Positions 8,358 through 19,026 of a stretch of 64,000 nucleotides of DNA are shown here, one piece after another. The stretch comes from an uncultured bacterium. GTDB lineage: Bacteria > Verrucomicrobiota > Verrucomicrobiia > Limisphaerales > UBA8199. The stretch lies in assembly GCA_963749495.1 (NCBI GenBank), contig CAVVMW010000001.1, positions 128,001 to 192,000 of the forward strand. Direction: 5' to 3'. Each line of letters starts with the position of its first letter. Position 1 is the stretch's first letter. The notes beneath the pieces were generated by a model. The model was given only the letters and a program-made list of their open reading frames with translations. It ran no database searches and had not been told where the DNA came from. A program made the translations under genes and the position numbers.

Positions 8358-9854
8358 TCAGGCCTCGTTGATGAGTTCGATGCCTTTGAAGCGGCAGAGG
8401 CGCTTGAGGTCGGGCACTACGTCGCCGTAGCAGGTGACCCGGTGCAGACCGTGGGACCAGTTCTGCCAGAGCTTCTCGATGCTCCCATCCAGCTTCACGG
8501 TCATCTTGGTGCGGCAACCGCGTTCCGTGTCGGGCGATTCGATGACCTGGCCGGTGAAGTAGAGGAGCTTGTTGGCGCCGACGAGGATGGCCTGGGTGAC
8601 CCTCTGGCCGACGCGCATTTGCACCTGGGGCACGCACCCTTCCTGCCGCTCCATGATCGTGCGCAGTTTGAAGGGTTGCCGGGGGCCCTCGGGTCCGTCC
8701 ATGCGGGTCGAGCCCAGGCAGTGTGCCAGGATGATGGCCTGCTTGGATTCGTCCACCGTCGGGTCGCTGATGAAGCCGGGCCGCCCGGTCAGGCACTGGT
8801 AGATGAGGAAGGTCATGCCGGCGGCCAGGTCCGATTCGCAGATCCCCGCCAGGCCCATGTCGTTGAGCCGCACGAAGCCCAGGCACGGGAAGGCCGGGAG
8901 TTGGCGGTACATAGTGCCGTAGCAGTCCACGGTCAGGGCGGTGGCGTTCTCCTCGGTCATGACTTTCTCGAAGGCCAGTGCCAGCCGGCAGGAGTTAAGG
9001 ACCTCGGAGCGCGGCGGTTCCACGACCTTGGTTGCCTGCCGCACCCAGCGCCGCGTTTCCTCTTCGGCGGCCTTGGCGTCGATCGAATCGTAGGCGGCGA
9101 GCACGCGGCGCAGCTCGATGGTTTTGATCTCGGTCCCGAATCGCTCGGCGACGGCCTGGGTGAACTGTGCGGAGACGGCGCGGGTGGTGAGATTGAGCAG
9201 CCTGGCCTGGCGGAGGTGGTGGATGGCCCGGAAGGGGCGCACTGCGGCAGCCAACTGGTTGAGGTCGCTGGTGAGCATGCACTCGAGGTTCTCGCCGCCG
9301 GGTTGGCTGCGGAGCGCGCCAAGCCCGCTCCACTCATGGCCGGAATATGGGGCGGCAAAGAGGACCGTCGGCTTCTTGACCGCCAGAATCTCGCGCAGCA
9401 TTTCTCCAATGCCCATGGAGATGTGAATGAGCAGAATGCCGTCCGCCTCCTGGAGTTTGCTTCGGACTGCCTTGATGTCCTGCAGGCTTTCTGCAGCCTG
9501 GTTGACGACGAATTCGATGTCGCCAAACTCCTTGCTCATCCCGGCGAACGCCGCTTCGTAGCGTTTTACTTCCGCGTCGAAATCCATGATCGGTGTGGGC
9601 CAATGGGCCTTGGGCACGCCGAGATAGAGCTTGGCCACTTTGACTTTGGAGCGCCGGCACCCGGGGCTGATCAGGGTTGTGGCGCCCGATGGGCCTGCCA
9701 GCGCACAGAGACCGCCGGCCTGGAGACAACAGGCGCAGCCCCCGGCCAGGGCCAATGACTGGCGGAGGAAGGTTCGCCGATCCAGCGGGCGAAATCCCGT
9801 GACAGAGGGTGGATTGGAGGGCCATGAAAACGGAGAGAAGGAGTGAGTTTTCAT
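8358..9854 (-). CDS. Tat-exported L-fucose/arabinose isomerase-like protein
   Basis: DRRTFLR Tat motif; CESDL, LAHC, GCRTK, GLHRVTCYGD motifs. Confidence 0.7.
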   Translation of the reverse strand: MKTHSFSPFSWPSNPPSVTGFRPLDRRTFLRQSLALAGGCACCLQAGGLCALAGPSGATTLISPGCRRSKVKVAKLYLGVPKAHWPTPIMDFDAEVKRYEAAFAGMSKEFGDIEFVVNQAAESLQDIKAVRSKLQEADGILLIHISMGIGEMLREILAVKKPTVLFAAPYSGHEWSGLGALRSQPGGENLECMLTSDLNQLAAAVRPFRAIHHLRQARLLNLTTRAVSAQFTQAVAERFGTEIKTIELRRVLAAYDSIDAKAAEEETRRWVRQATKVVEPPRSEVLNSCRLALAFEKVMTEENATALTVDCYGTMYRQLPAFPCLGFVRLNDMGLAGICESDLAAGMTFLIYQCLTGRPGFISDPTVDESKQAIILAHCLGSTRMDGPEGPRQPFKLRTIMERQEGCVPQVQMRVGQRVTQAILVGANKLLYFTGQVIESPDTERGCRTKMTVKLDGSIEKLWQNWSHGLHRVTCYGDVVPDLKRLCRFKGIELINEA

Positions 9855-10011
9855 GGCGGCATTTAGCGCACAACGCAAGCCGATTGCAAGAGGCAAATAT
9901 TCCGGATCTGCTTGTGGGTCTCAACGCGCAGGATAGCCAGCCAGGCACTCCAGCCGTCCCCTGCCGCCCGGTAGTTTTTGGGATCACAACTCTTTTCGGG
10001 TGAACTCTGGC

Positions 10012-12552
10012 TTAATGCCCGGCGTTCTTCACGTGCGTTTCCAGCCAGGCGTCTTCCTCCCAGAGCAGGTGCAGGATGTTCTCCCTGGCCTGATAACCAT
10101 GGCTTTCGAAGGGCAGCAGCACCAGCCTTGTGTTTCCGCCCAAGCCCTTCACGGCCTGGAACAGACGCTCACTTTGCAGCGTAAAGGTCCCCGGGTTGTT
10201 GTCGGCTTCCCCGTGGATCAGCAGCAACCAGGCCTTGATCTTGTCGGCATAGTTAAAGGGGGACATCCTCAGGTAAACCGGCTGGGCTTCCCAATACGTC
10301 CGTTCCTCGCTCTGGAAACCGAAGGGCGTCAGGCTCCGATTGTAGGCCCCGCTGCGGGCGATGCCGGCCGCGAACAGATCGGAATGCGCCAGCAGGTTGG
10401 CAACCATGAAAGCCCCGTAGGAGTGGCCCATCACCGCGGCCCGTTTAGGATCGACAACCCCCATCTCGTCAACGGCTTTGATCGCGGCGCGAGCGTCGGC
10501 GACCAACTGTTCAATATAGGTGTCGTTTGGCTCCTCCTTGCCCTGGCCGACGATAGGGAACTGGGCGCCCTCCAGCACTGCGTAACCGCGCACCGCCCAG
10601 AACACGGGCGAGCCCCAGTAGAGATACACGAATCGGTGCGGCGAGCTGTTCACCATTCCAGCCGCCTTGGCGTCTTTGAATTCGGTCGGGTAGGCCTCCA
10701 TTAACAGGGGCAACCGTCCGTCACGGCCTGGTTCATAGCCCTTGGGCAGGTAGAGGTCGGCGGAAAGATCCACGCCGTCCTCCCGGCGGTAGTGGATCTT
10801 CCTCTTGGTCACGCCCTCGAAGGATCGGAACGGGTTGGGGAAGGCGGTTATCGGGCGCGGCGCAGCCTGGGTGGTGAGGTCTCGGATGTGGATGTTGGGA
10901 TATTGACTCGGGCCCTGCACAATCGTCAAAAGTCTCTTCTTCTCCGCGTCCAGGACGCGCAAGATGCTCTCGTAGGTCGAAACACCATCCGCTCGCCACA
11001 GACGTGTGGTCTTCCCAGTGGCAAGGTCGAATTCATCAAGAAAGGGCCGGTTACCTTCCGGCGAGTAGCCTTCGCCCGCCAGGAGGAGGCCCCGGTGGTC
11101 TTTGCTGAACAGGAGCGTCTCGCGTCCCCAAGCATTCGGGGCGGTTACAAAGCCGCCCGGAAGGTGGTAGAGATCCTCGGAGGAGTAATCGAACACGGCC
11201 TTCGGAGCATGGGTTTGGGCGTTCGGATCCACTTGGTACATCTTGATGTTGCGGTTCTTCCACCAGAAATCAGACACCATGGCGAGTCCCGCATCGCCCC
11301 AAACAACCCCGGCGAACCGGTTCGTGGTCGCACAAAGCAGACGCGGAGGCGCGGCAAACGGCGCCTCCAACTGATAAACGTGATCGCGGACGGCCGCGTC
11401 TTTGGCAGGGTCACCACCGTCCTGCGCCTCGGCAAAGACGATGGTGGCGGGGACATCTTCCCGCCAACCGAAATCACGGCGTCCAGGTTCCACCGCATCG
11501 TTGTTGATTGGGATCGAGTCAAGCAATGGCTTCTTCACCAACTCGACCGCCATTTTGCCGTTGCGGTCCGTGACATAGGCCCGATAAGGAAAGCGGCTGT
11601 AGGGGAACAGGTAGGAGTACGGCCGGTCAATTTCTTCGACCAACAGCCAATTGCCGTCAGGTGAGAGTCGTATTCCCTTGAGGATGCCCGGCCGCAGCAC
11701 GACTTCAGAGCTGCCATCGAGCCTGAAGCGACGCACCTCAGCGCGGGCAACGTGATCGAACCGGGCTTCATCGGAGCTATTCTTCAACAGGTCCTGATAA
11801 GTGCGGCCAGGCGCCTTTCGGCCGGTGGATTCCTGGACGATTGGACCCGAAGGCAGTTCAGTTGATTCGGGCACGGCACCCAGGTTCACCCGCACCCGGC
11901 AGTAAAGGCTCGTCTTGTCGGGGGCCCAAATATAAGGGAACCCCATCGACGCCGACAGGGTGCCCGGCGTTACCCGGGTGGCCCTGCCCGTGCTCAGCTC
12001 GACCACCCACAGTGCCAGGCCTTCGGACTGTGCCTCGACCAACGCCAGGCACTTGCCTTTGGGTGAAAACTCGACGTACTCGATGTGGATCGGGTCGGGC
12101 AGGCCGGTTACCGCCACCGGGCGCCCGGTGGCAAGGTCCTGGATGGCCAGGCCGAGGCTGTAAAACGGCCGGGCGGAATCATGGTTTTTCGGGTTGATGC
12201 GCAGACCGGCCAGCCGCAGTTCGGTCTGGGCAAGTTCCCCGAGCGACTTGAAGGTCGGTTGCTTGAGCATCACCAGGAACTGGTTGGCCGGATCGACCCT
12301 GGTTTGCGGCGGCAGCTCCACATCTGCCAGCTCGAGGATTTCCTTGGGCGGTTTCTGATAGGCAACCTCCGTAGGCGCTTGCCCGCCGGCTGGCCCCGGT
12401 CCCAGAACTAACACCACCAGCGCAGTCCATCTTGCTGACACCTTGAGTGCGTGCGCCGCAAGACACAATGCCTTGGTTGACGTGAAGTACAATCGCCGGC
12501 AATTCCTGTCGATTTTCATCATTCCGAGGTGAATGTGCGCCAATGCTAACAC
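10012..12552 (-). CDS. S9-family (prolyl oligopeptidase-like) peptidase
   Basis: GHSYG nucleophile, IHGEADNN, ESHGY; start uncertain. Confidence 0.9.
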   Translation of the reverse strand: MLALAHIHLGMMKIDRNCRRLYFTSTKALCLAAHALKVSARWTALVVLVLGPGPAGGQAPTEVAYQKPPKEILELADVELPPQTRVDPANQFLVMLKQPTFKSLGELAQTELRLAGLRINPKNHDSARPFYSLGLAIQDLATGRPVAVTGLPDPIHIEYVEFSPKGKCLALVEAQSEGLALWVVELSTGRATRVTPGTLSASMGFPYIWAPDKTSLYCRVRVNLGAVPESTELPSGPIVQESTGRKAPGRTYQDLLKNSSDEARFDHVARAEVRRFRLDGSSEVVLRPGILKGIRLSPDGNWLLVEEIDRPYSYLFPYSRFPYRAYVTDRNGKMAVELVKKPLLDSIPINNDAVEPGRRDFGWREDVPATIVFAEAQDGGDPAKDAAVRDHVYQLEAPFAAPPRLLCATTNRFAGVVWGDAGLAMVSDFWWKNRNIKMYQVDPNAQTHAPKAVFDYSSEDLYHLPGGFVTAPNAWGRETLLFSKDHRGLLLAGEGYSPEGNRPFLDEFDLATGKTTRLWRADGVSTYESILRVLDAEKKRLLTIVQGPSQYPNIHIRDLTTQAAPRPITAFPNPFRSFEGVTKRKIHYRREDGVDLSADLYLPKGYEPGRDGRLPLLMEAYPTEFKDAKAAGMVNSSPHRFVYLYWGSPVFWAVRGYAVLEGAQFPIVGQGKEEPNDTYIEQLVADARAAIKAVDEMGVVDPKRAAVMGHSYGAFMVANLLAHSDLFAAGIARSGAYNRSLTPFGFQSEERTYWEAQPVYLRMSPFNYADKIKAWLLLIHGEADNNPGTFTLQSERLFQAVKGLGGNTRLVLLPFESHGYQARENILHLLWEEDAWLETHVKNAGH

Positions 12553-12626
12553 AGGAGGATGACAGGGTCAAACGCCGCACATGACCAGGCCTCGACTCAT
12601 CATGGACCGGAAGGGTGTCGCCTGCC

Positions 12627-12924
12627 GCGAAGCGTTTTGGACTGCGCCAGTCCTCTGGCGCTTTTCCGACTCCCGGGTCCAAAAAGCGGCAGAGGACTGC
12701 CGCAGCCCAAAACCTTCGGCCTTGTTGACGGTTCATGGAGAGCCCCCTTTGGCTTCTGCCAATGCATTGGGACCATGAACCGGTCAGGGGCCCCGAGGCT
12801 GCGAAGCGTTTTGGACTGCGGCAGTCCTCTGCCGCTTTCGCGTTCCCAGAACCAGGGACTCAAAAGCGGCAGAGGACTGCCGCAGTCCAAAACCTCGCGG
12901 GCCTCCTCACGGGTTCATGGAGAG
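12627..12924. repeat. Two REP-like palindromes (family B) with GGTTCATGG/CCATGAACC ends
   Basis: GCGAAGCGTTTTGGACTGCG.CAGTCCTCTG.CGCTTT...AAAGCGGCAGAGGACTGCCGCAG.CCAAAAC occurs twice. Confidence 0.85.
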
Positions 12925-13017
12925 CGGTCTGCCCGCCGTGTCGCTCCCGTGTTGACTGAGGCCTCGCCTTGAGCGGTTTTTCCTTGCTCCAGCGAAGTCA
13001 AGTCACTAGGTTGAGCC

Positions 13018-16000
13018 ATGTTTGGCTCCAGAAGCGCGGGTCTGCTCCTTGTGTGTGCGGCGTTACTCCGGCTCGGCCTGACGCCCGGCCAGGCCCGGGC
13101 GGCGCAGAGCCAATCCCTGGCGGGGCATCGTCCGGCGGCGGCGGTCGGGGTCCAGGCGGTGGGCCGGTTGCCAGGACAGTCGCGTCTGAGGCTGGGGATC
13201 GGGCTGCCGCTGCGCAACCAGGCGGAGTTGGCGGACCTGCTGGAGCGGCTTTATGACCCGGCCAGCTCGAGCTACCGGCAATGGCTGAGCGTCGGGCAAT
13301 TCACGGAGCGGTTCGGGCCCGCCGAGGCGGACTGCCGGGCGGTCATGGCGTTTCTGGAGGCGCACGGTCTGAGGATTACCGCCACGCTGCCCAGCCGGAT
13401 GATTATCAATGCGGAGGGGGCGGTGGCGGACATCGAGCGGGCCTTCCAAGTGGGGCTGCGGCTTTACCAGCACCCATCGGAGGGGCGCCTGTTCTACGCG
13501 CCGGACAGCGAACCGACGCTGGAGTTGGCGACGCCCGTGCTGCACATCAGCGGGCTGGACAACTTCATGGTGCCGCGCCCGGCAGGGCTGAGGACGCCGC
13601 GGCCGGAGGGGCCGGGAGGGGCCGTGCCGTGCAGCGGTTCAGGGCCCAGCGGCTCTTACTGGGGCAAGGACTTCCGGGCGGCTTACGCGCCCAACGTCGC
13701 GCTCACCGGGACCGGCCAATTCGTCGCGTTGCTCGAGATGGACGGCTATTACAGCTCGGACATCAGCACTTACGCCACCCGGGCGGGCCTGGGCAAGGCG
13801 CCTCCGCTGGTCAATGTGCTGCTGGATGATTTCTCGGGCGCCCCCGGCGACGGCAACGGTGAAGTGGCGCTGGACATCGAGATGGCCATGTCGATGGCCC
13901 CGGGCCTCTCCGGGATCATCGTCTATGAAGGCAACGCGACCCAAGGCACCGCGGTCGACAACATCTTGGGCCGAATGGCCGGGGACAACCTGGCCAAGCA
14001 ACTCAGCGGGTCCTGGATGTTTGCGGTCGACGCGACGACGTCGCAGATATTCCAGCAGTTCGCGGCGCAAGGCCAATCTTACTTCAATGCCTCGGGCGAT
14101 GGCGGGGCTTATGTCGGCCCCGTCTCGTCCCCGTCGGACAACCCGTACATTACGGTCGTGGGGGGGACGACCCTGTCGACCACCGGGCCGATGGGGAGTT
14201 GGCTCTCCGAGACGGCCTGGAATTGGTTCACGAGCGGACTCGGCACGGCTGCCAGTGCCGGCGGGGTCAGCACGCTCTGGCCCATCCAAAGCTGGCAGAA
14301 GGGCCTCGACATGACCCTCAACCGCGGCTCGACCTCGAAACGCAACCTGCCTGACGTGGCCATGGTGGCTGACAACGTCACAGTGATTTCGGACAATGGC
14401 AAACAGGTCGCTGTCGGCGGCACCAGCATCGCCACGCCGTTATGGGCGGGGTTCATTGCCTTGGTGAACCAGCAGGCCGCCGCCACGCAACAGCCCTCCG
14501 TGGGATTCATCAACCCGGCCATCTATGCCCTGGGCAAAGCCAGTTCATACACCTCGTGTTTCCACGACATCAAGACGGGCAATAATACGAACCTGGACAG
14601 CCCCGATCTCTATTATGCAGTGCCGGGCTATGACTTGGTTACCGGTTGGGGCTCACCGTCCGGCAAGAACCTGATCAACCACCTGGCGCCGCTGCCGCAA
14701 GGGCCGCTCATCGCCCTGGCCGGCTCCTCGCTTGTTTCCGAGAGCTTTGTCCCGGCCAATGGCGCCATCGACCCGGGCGAGACGGTGCTGGTGAACGTCT
14801 CCTTGCAGAGTATCGGGGCGGCCGCCACCACCAACCTGGTGGCTACCCTCATGGCCGACACCAACGTATTGGCCCCCAGCGACCCCCAGGTCTATGGCGC
14901 CCTGGCGGGCGGCGGGACGACCGCCACGCGGGCCTTCACGTTCACCGCCAACGGCCCCTGCGGCGGCTCCATCAGTCCCGTCATTCAACTCCAGGACGGC
15001 CCGGCCGACTTGGGCGCCGTCGTGTTGAGCTTCCGGCTTGGCGCCCCGCTTAACGCCCTGCACGAGAACTTTGATGGCGTTGCGGCTCCAGCCCTGCCGC
15101 AAGGCTGGACCACCGCCGTGTCCGGCGCCGCCTCCAACTGGGTCACTTCCAACGCCCTCCGCGACACCGCCCCGAATGCCGCCTCGGTCCACTCCGCCGT
15201 CTTGCCCGGAATCAGCGAATTGCTCTCGCCGGTCATTCCCATTGCCACCGCCTCAGCCCAGTTGAGCTTTCGCAACTTCTACAATATGGAGAGCGCCACC
15301 GACACAATCCTGGCCTATGACGGCGGTGTGCTGGAGATCAGCCTTGGCGGCGGCCCCTTCGCCGACATCCTCGACGCGGAGGGCAGCTTCGTCGCCGGCG
15401 GCTACACACGCACGATTGACTCCACGGATGACAATCCGCTGGGCGGGCGTCGAGTCTGGAGCGGGGTTTCCGGCACATTCATCACTACCACGGTGAATCT
15501 GCCCGCCGCGGCGGCCGGCCAGAGCATCCAGTTGAAATGGCGCCTGGGGATGGACACCGGCAACTATCTTGGGCAGTCCACCTGGTGCATTGATACCGTG
15601 ACCGTCCAGGACGGCTATGCCTGCTCCGGGCCCGCCTCCCCCGCGAACCTGGCCCTGGCGCAAACCTCGTTCCCCAATCCCGCCACCGTCGGGCAGCCGC
15701 TCCAGTACCTGCTTTCGATCACCAACGCCGGTTCCGTTCCCGCGCTCGATGCCAGCCTCACCGATACCCTTCCCGACGGCGTGACTTTCGTGAGCGCCTC
15801 CCCGGGCTGCACCGTCCAGGGCGGCGCCGTCGTTTGCGGCCTCGGCCTGTTGCCCAGCGGCTCCAATGCCAGCCTCACTATCAGCGTCTTGCCCACCGCC
15901 GCCGGCTCGCTCACAAACACCGTTGTCCTCTCCTCGGGCCCCTCGGACACCAACCTCGTGAGCCAGACCAACCTCCTGGTGGTTTCCGCGCTGGGCCCGC

Positions 16001-16224
16001 CCACCCTCTCCCTGGCTCCATTGGCCTTGGGCTCGGCCAGTGTGCCCATCCTCTTCAACAGCGTCACCGGCCTGACCTACACCCTCGAATACAAGGACTC
16101 TCTCCTGGATGCGCAATGGACCCCCCTGCTCCCCGCAGTGCCCGGCACCGGCGGCCTGCTCCTGCTCCAGGATACCAACGCCCCGCTCCAGCCCTCGCGA
16201 TTCTATCGCGTGAGTTGCCAGTGA
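13018..16224 (+). CDS. Secreted S53 (sedolisin/kumamolisin) peptidase with pro-domain and DUF11-like domain
   Basis: Signal peptide, EVALDIE, ASGDGG, GGTS; C-terminal YTLEY...W...RFYRV tail. Confidence 0.9.
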   Translation: MFGSRSAGLLLVCAALLRLGLTPGQARAAQSQSLAGHRPAAAVGVQAVGRLPGQSRLRLGIGLPLRNQAELADLLERLYDPASSSYRQWLSVGQFTERFGPAEADCRAVMAFLEAHGLRITATLPSRMIINAEGAVADIERAFQVGLRLYQHPSEGRLFYAPDSEPTLELATPVLHISGLDNFMVPRPAGLRTPRPEGPGGAVPCSGSGPSGSYWGKDFRAAYAPNVALTGTGQFVALLEMDGYYSSDISTYATRAGLGKAPPLVNVLLDDFSGAPGDGNGEVALDIEMAMSMAPGLSGIIVYEGNATQGTAVDNILGRMAGDNLAKQLSGSWMFAVDATTSQIFQQFAAQGQSYFNASGDGGAYVGPVSSPSDNPYITVVGGTTLSTTGPMGSWLSETAWNWFTSGLGTAASAGGVSTLWPIQSWQKGLDMTLNRGSTSKRNLPDVAMVADNVTVISDNGKQVAVGGTSIATPLWAGFIALVNQQAAATQQPSVGFINPAIYALGKASSYTSCFHDIKTGNNTNLDSPDLYYAVPGYDLVTGWGSPSGKNLINHLAPLPQGPLIALAGSSLVSESFVPANGAIDPGETVLVNVSLQSIGAAATTNLVATLMADTNVLAPSDPQVYGALAGGGTTATRAFTFTANGPCGGSISPVIQLQDGPADLGAVVLSFRLGAPLNALHENFDGVAAPALPQGWTTAVSGAASNWVTSNALRDTAPNAASVHSAVLPGISELLSPVIPIATASAQLSFRNFYNMESATDTILAYDGGVLEISLGGGPFADILDAEGSFVAGGYTRTIDSTDDNPLGGRRVWSGVSGTFITTTVNLPAAAAGQSIQLKWRLGMDTGNYLGQSTWCIDTVTVQDGYACSGPASPANLALAQTSFPNPATVGQPLQYLLSITNAGSVPALDASLTDTLPDGVTFVSASPGCTVQGGAVVCGLGLLPSGSNASLTISVLPTAAGSLTNTVVLSSGPSDTNLVSQTNLLVVSALGPPTLSLAPLALGSASVPILFNSVTGLTYTLEYKDSLLDAQWTPLLPAVPGTGGLLLLQDTNAPLQPSRFYRVSCQ

Positions 16225-16324
16225 TTGGACCTCGGTTCAATGGCTTGCATCCCGGCGCGGTTTTTGTTTCAATGGTTGTGCGGGGGAAGAGCGCCTGCCT
16301 CTTCCCCGGGCTTTTTATTGCAGA

Positions 16325-18801
16325 ATGAACAACACAGCTTTTTTGGCGGGCCTGGCGAGTTGCCTGGCGAGTGCTGCCCTGGGGCAGACCCAACTCATTG
16401 TCAACGGCGGATTCGAATCGCAGAACGGAGGCGAGTGGGTGATCTCCGGCCTGGGCGCGGGCATTCGCGACAGCACCACCGCGGCACACAGCGGCATGGG
16501 TTACCTGGCCTTCAGCGGGGCGGGGGGCGGGAGCGCCCAGGCCGCCTATCAGACCATCACGGTCCCCACCAACACAGTGGCCGCGGAGCTCAGTTATTAC
16601 TACAACGTTTATTCCCCCACCCTCAACTCAGGGGATTCGTTCATGGCAGCCGTCGTGTACCCCGACACTCAAGCGGTGGCCGCGCAGGTTGATTCAGAGA
16701 CCGGCGCCAACTCCTCGGGGGGCCAGGGCCCCGCTTATTACCTTCTCAAGACCTTCGATCTCACCCCCTGGGCCGGCCAGACTATCGAGATCGGGTTTGC
16801 CGCTACGTTTTCGAGCGGGGGAACCGTCTTCAACATTGATGACGTGAGCGTTTTGGTGGAGACCACGGCCGACATCCCCCCCAATGACTACTTCACCAAC
16901 CGCATCGCGTTGGCCGGCACCTCGACCAACGTCCAGGCCAACAACACCTTCGCCACCAAAGAGCCTGGCGAGCCCAACCACGCCGGCAATCCCGGCGGCC
17001 AGTCGCTCTGGTGGAGCTGGACAGCCACGGCCAACGGCATCCTCCGCCTCAACACCACCGGCACTTCCTTCCCCGACCTCCTGGCCGTCTATACCGGCGA
17101 TTCCGTCACCAACCTCACGCGGGTCGCCTCCAATGCCGCCGACATCCCGAGCGGCACCCTGGCTCAACTCCAGTGCAAGGTCAGTGCCGGCACCCAATAC
17201 CAGATCGCGGTGGATGGCTACACCGGCTACTACGGCATCGTGGAACTGGCCCTCTCTTTCTCGGCGGACACACAGCCGCCCACCGTCTCCATCTCCTACC
17301 CCGCTCCCAACGCCAAACTGACCAACTCGACGGTCGTCGTTCAGGGTACCGCCAGCGACAATATCGCCGTCGCGGCGGTCGAATACCGGCTGGAGAACGC
17401 GGCCGGCACCAATGACTACCAGACCGCCACGGGCACCAATCGTTGGTCCGCTACCATCCCCAATCTGGCGCCCGGCCTGAATACTGTCCGCGTCTTCGCC
17501 ATCGATACCAGCAGCAACCTTTCCGGCACGGTCGCTCGCACATTCACCTATGCCGTCGTCGAGCCCCTTGTCGTGACGGTCCAGGGCAGCGGCACTCTCA
17601 CCCCTAAATACAACGGGGCCGACCTCGTGCTGGGCCAGGCCTATACTATCACTGCCGCACCGGCCAGCGGCTGCATCTTCGTCAACTGGACCGATAACAC
17701 CGGCCGCGTCCTGGCCACCACCCTCAAGCTCTCGTTCACCATGACGACCGGCCTCCAACTGCAGGCCAACTTCATCCCCAATCCCTTCATCCCCCTCAAG
17801 GGGACCTACGCCGGGCTGTTTGCCGACACCAACGGCTTTGCCTCGGCCAACGCCGGCTCGTTCTCCGCCACGCTCACCACCCAGGGCGGCCTCACGGCCC
17901 AACTCCTGCTGGCCGGGGCCACTTACCGGCTCTCCGGCTCGCTCTCGGCCTCCGGCGCCTATTCCAACACCATCGCCGGGCCGGCCCATGCCTCGCTCAA
18001 GGTCCAACTCCAATTGGACCTTCAGGGCGGCGGTCAAGGCCTCACGGGCACCGTCGCCGGCCCCGCCTGGAGTGCGGACCTGGCGGCCTGCCGCGCGCCG
18101 TACTCTCAGGCCAACCCCGCCCCGGAAGCGGGCAGGAAATACACCCTGGTGATGCCGGGGGCGGCCGAGCCTTCAGCCGGGCCGGGCGGCTACGGCTTTG
18201 GGACGCTGAGCGTGACCCCTGTCGGCAATGTCAGCCTGAGCCTCACCTTGGGCGATGGGACCAAGCTGACCCAGAACAGCGTGGTCGTGAATCAGGGCCA
18301 GTCCCCGGACCAATGGCCGCTTTATCTTGCGCCTTACTCGGGCAAGGGGCTGGTCACGGGCTGGCTGAGCTTCGTGACCAACAACCTCGAGCAGGACGTG
18401 GTGGGCCAGTTGCGCTGGGTCAAGCAGCCCGGTGCGGCCGGCAAGCTCTATCCTAATGGCTTTGTGTTCGCCAATGGCGTGGAAATCCTCGAGTCGCTCT
18501 ATGCCTACACCAATGGCAAGCCGGTCCTGAGCTGGAGCCAGGGAGTGCTCGAACTGGCCGGGGGCAATTTGTCCTCGGGCCTGACCAATCCGGTGACGCT
18601 CGGGGCAAACAACAAGCTGAGCGGGACCAACAAACTGAGCCTGACTCTGACGACCGCCACGGGTCTGTTCCAAGGCACCGTGCCTGTGCCGGGGCTCGAG
18701 ACCCTGTTTCGGTCAGCGGCGTGCTGCTCCAGGGCCGCAACGCCGGGTTCGGCCTCTTCCTGGGTCCCACCCAGAGCGGCAGCGTCTGGCTGGGGCCGTA
18801 A
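16325..18801 (+). CDS. Secreted multidomain Ig-like/PPC surface protein (frameshift near 18700)
   Basis: Signal peptide, ATKEPGEPNHAG..SLWWSW and YQIAVDG motifs; the likely C-terminus VSGVLLQG...GSVWLGP* is in another frame. Confidence 0.75.
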
Positions 18802-19026
18802 TCAGTCCACAGTCCAGAGTCCATCCACCCTCCGTAGCAGAGCTACTGCGGAGGACGGGCAGTCCACAGTCAGCCCATCCAGAGCGGCACCGTCTGGCTG
18901 GGGCCGCAATAGGCAAGGCGGCAGGAAACCACGGAATACAGGAATACACGGAAAACATCAGTTCCCCTCTTCGTTTCCTTCGTTTCCTTTGTTTCCTTCT
19001 GTTTCTTTCCGGGCTAGTGTCGCTCG

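Noticed and set aside
7863..9758. Long antisense or alternate-frame ORFs (also 19995-21728, 34322-36112, 57040-58992, 60383-62023)
   Set aside because: Shadow ORFs of real genes in high-GC DNA; no recognisable motifs
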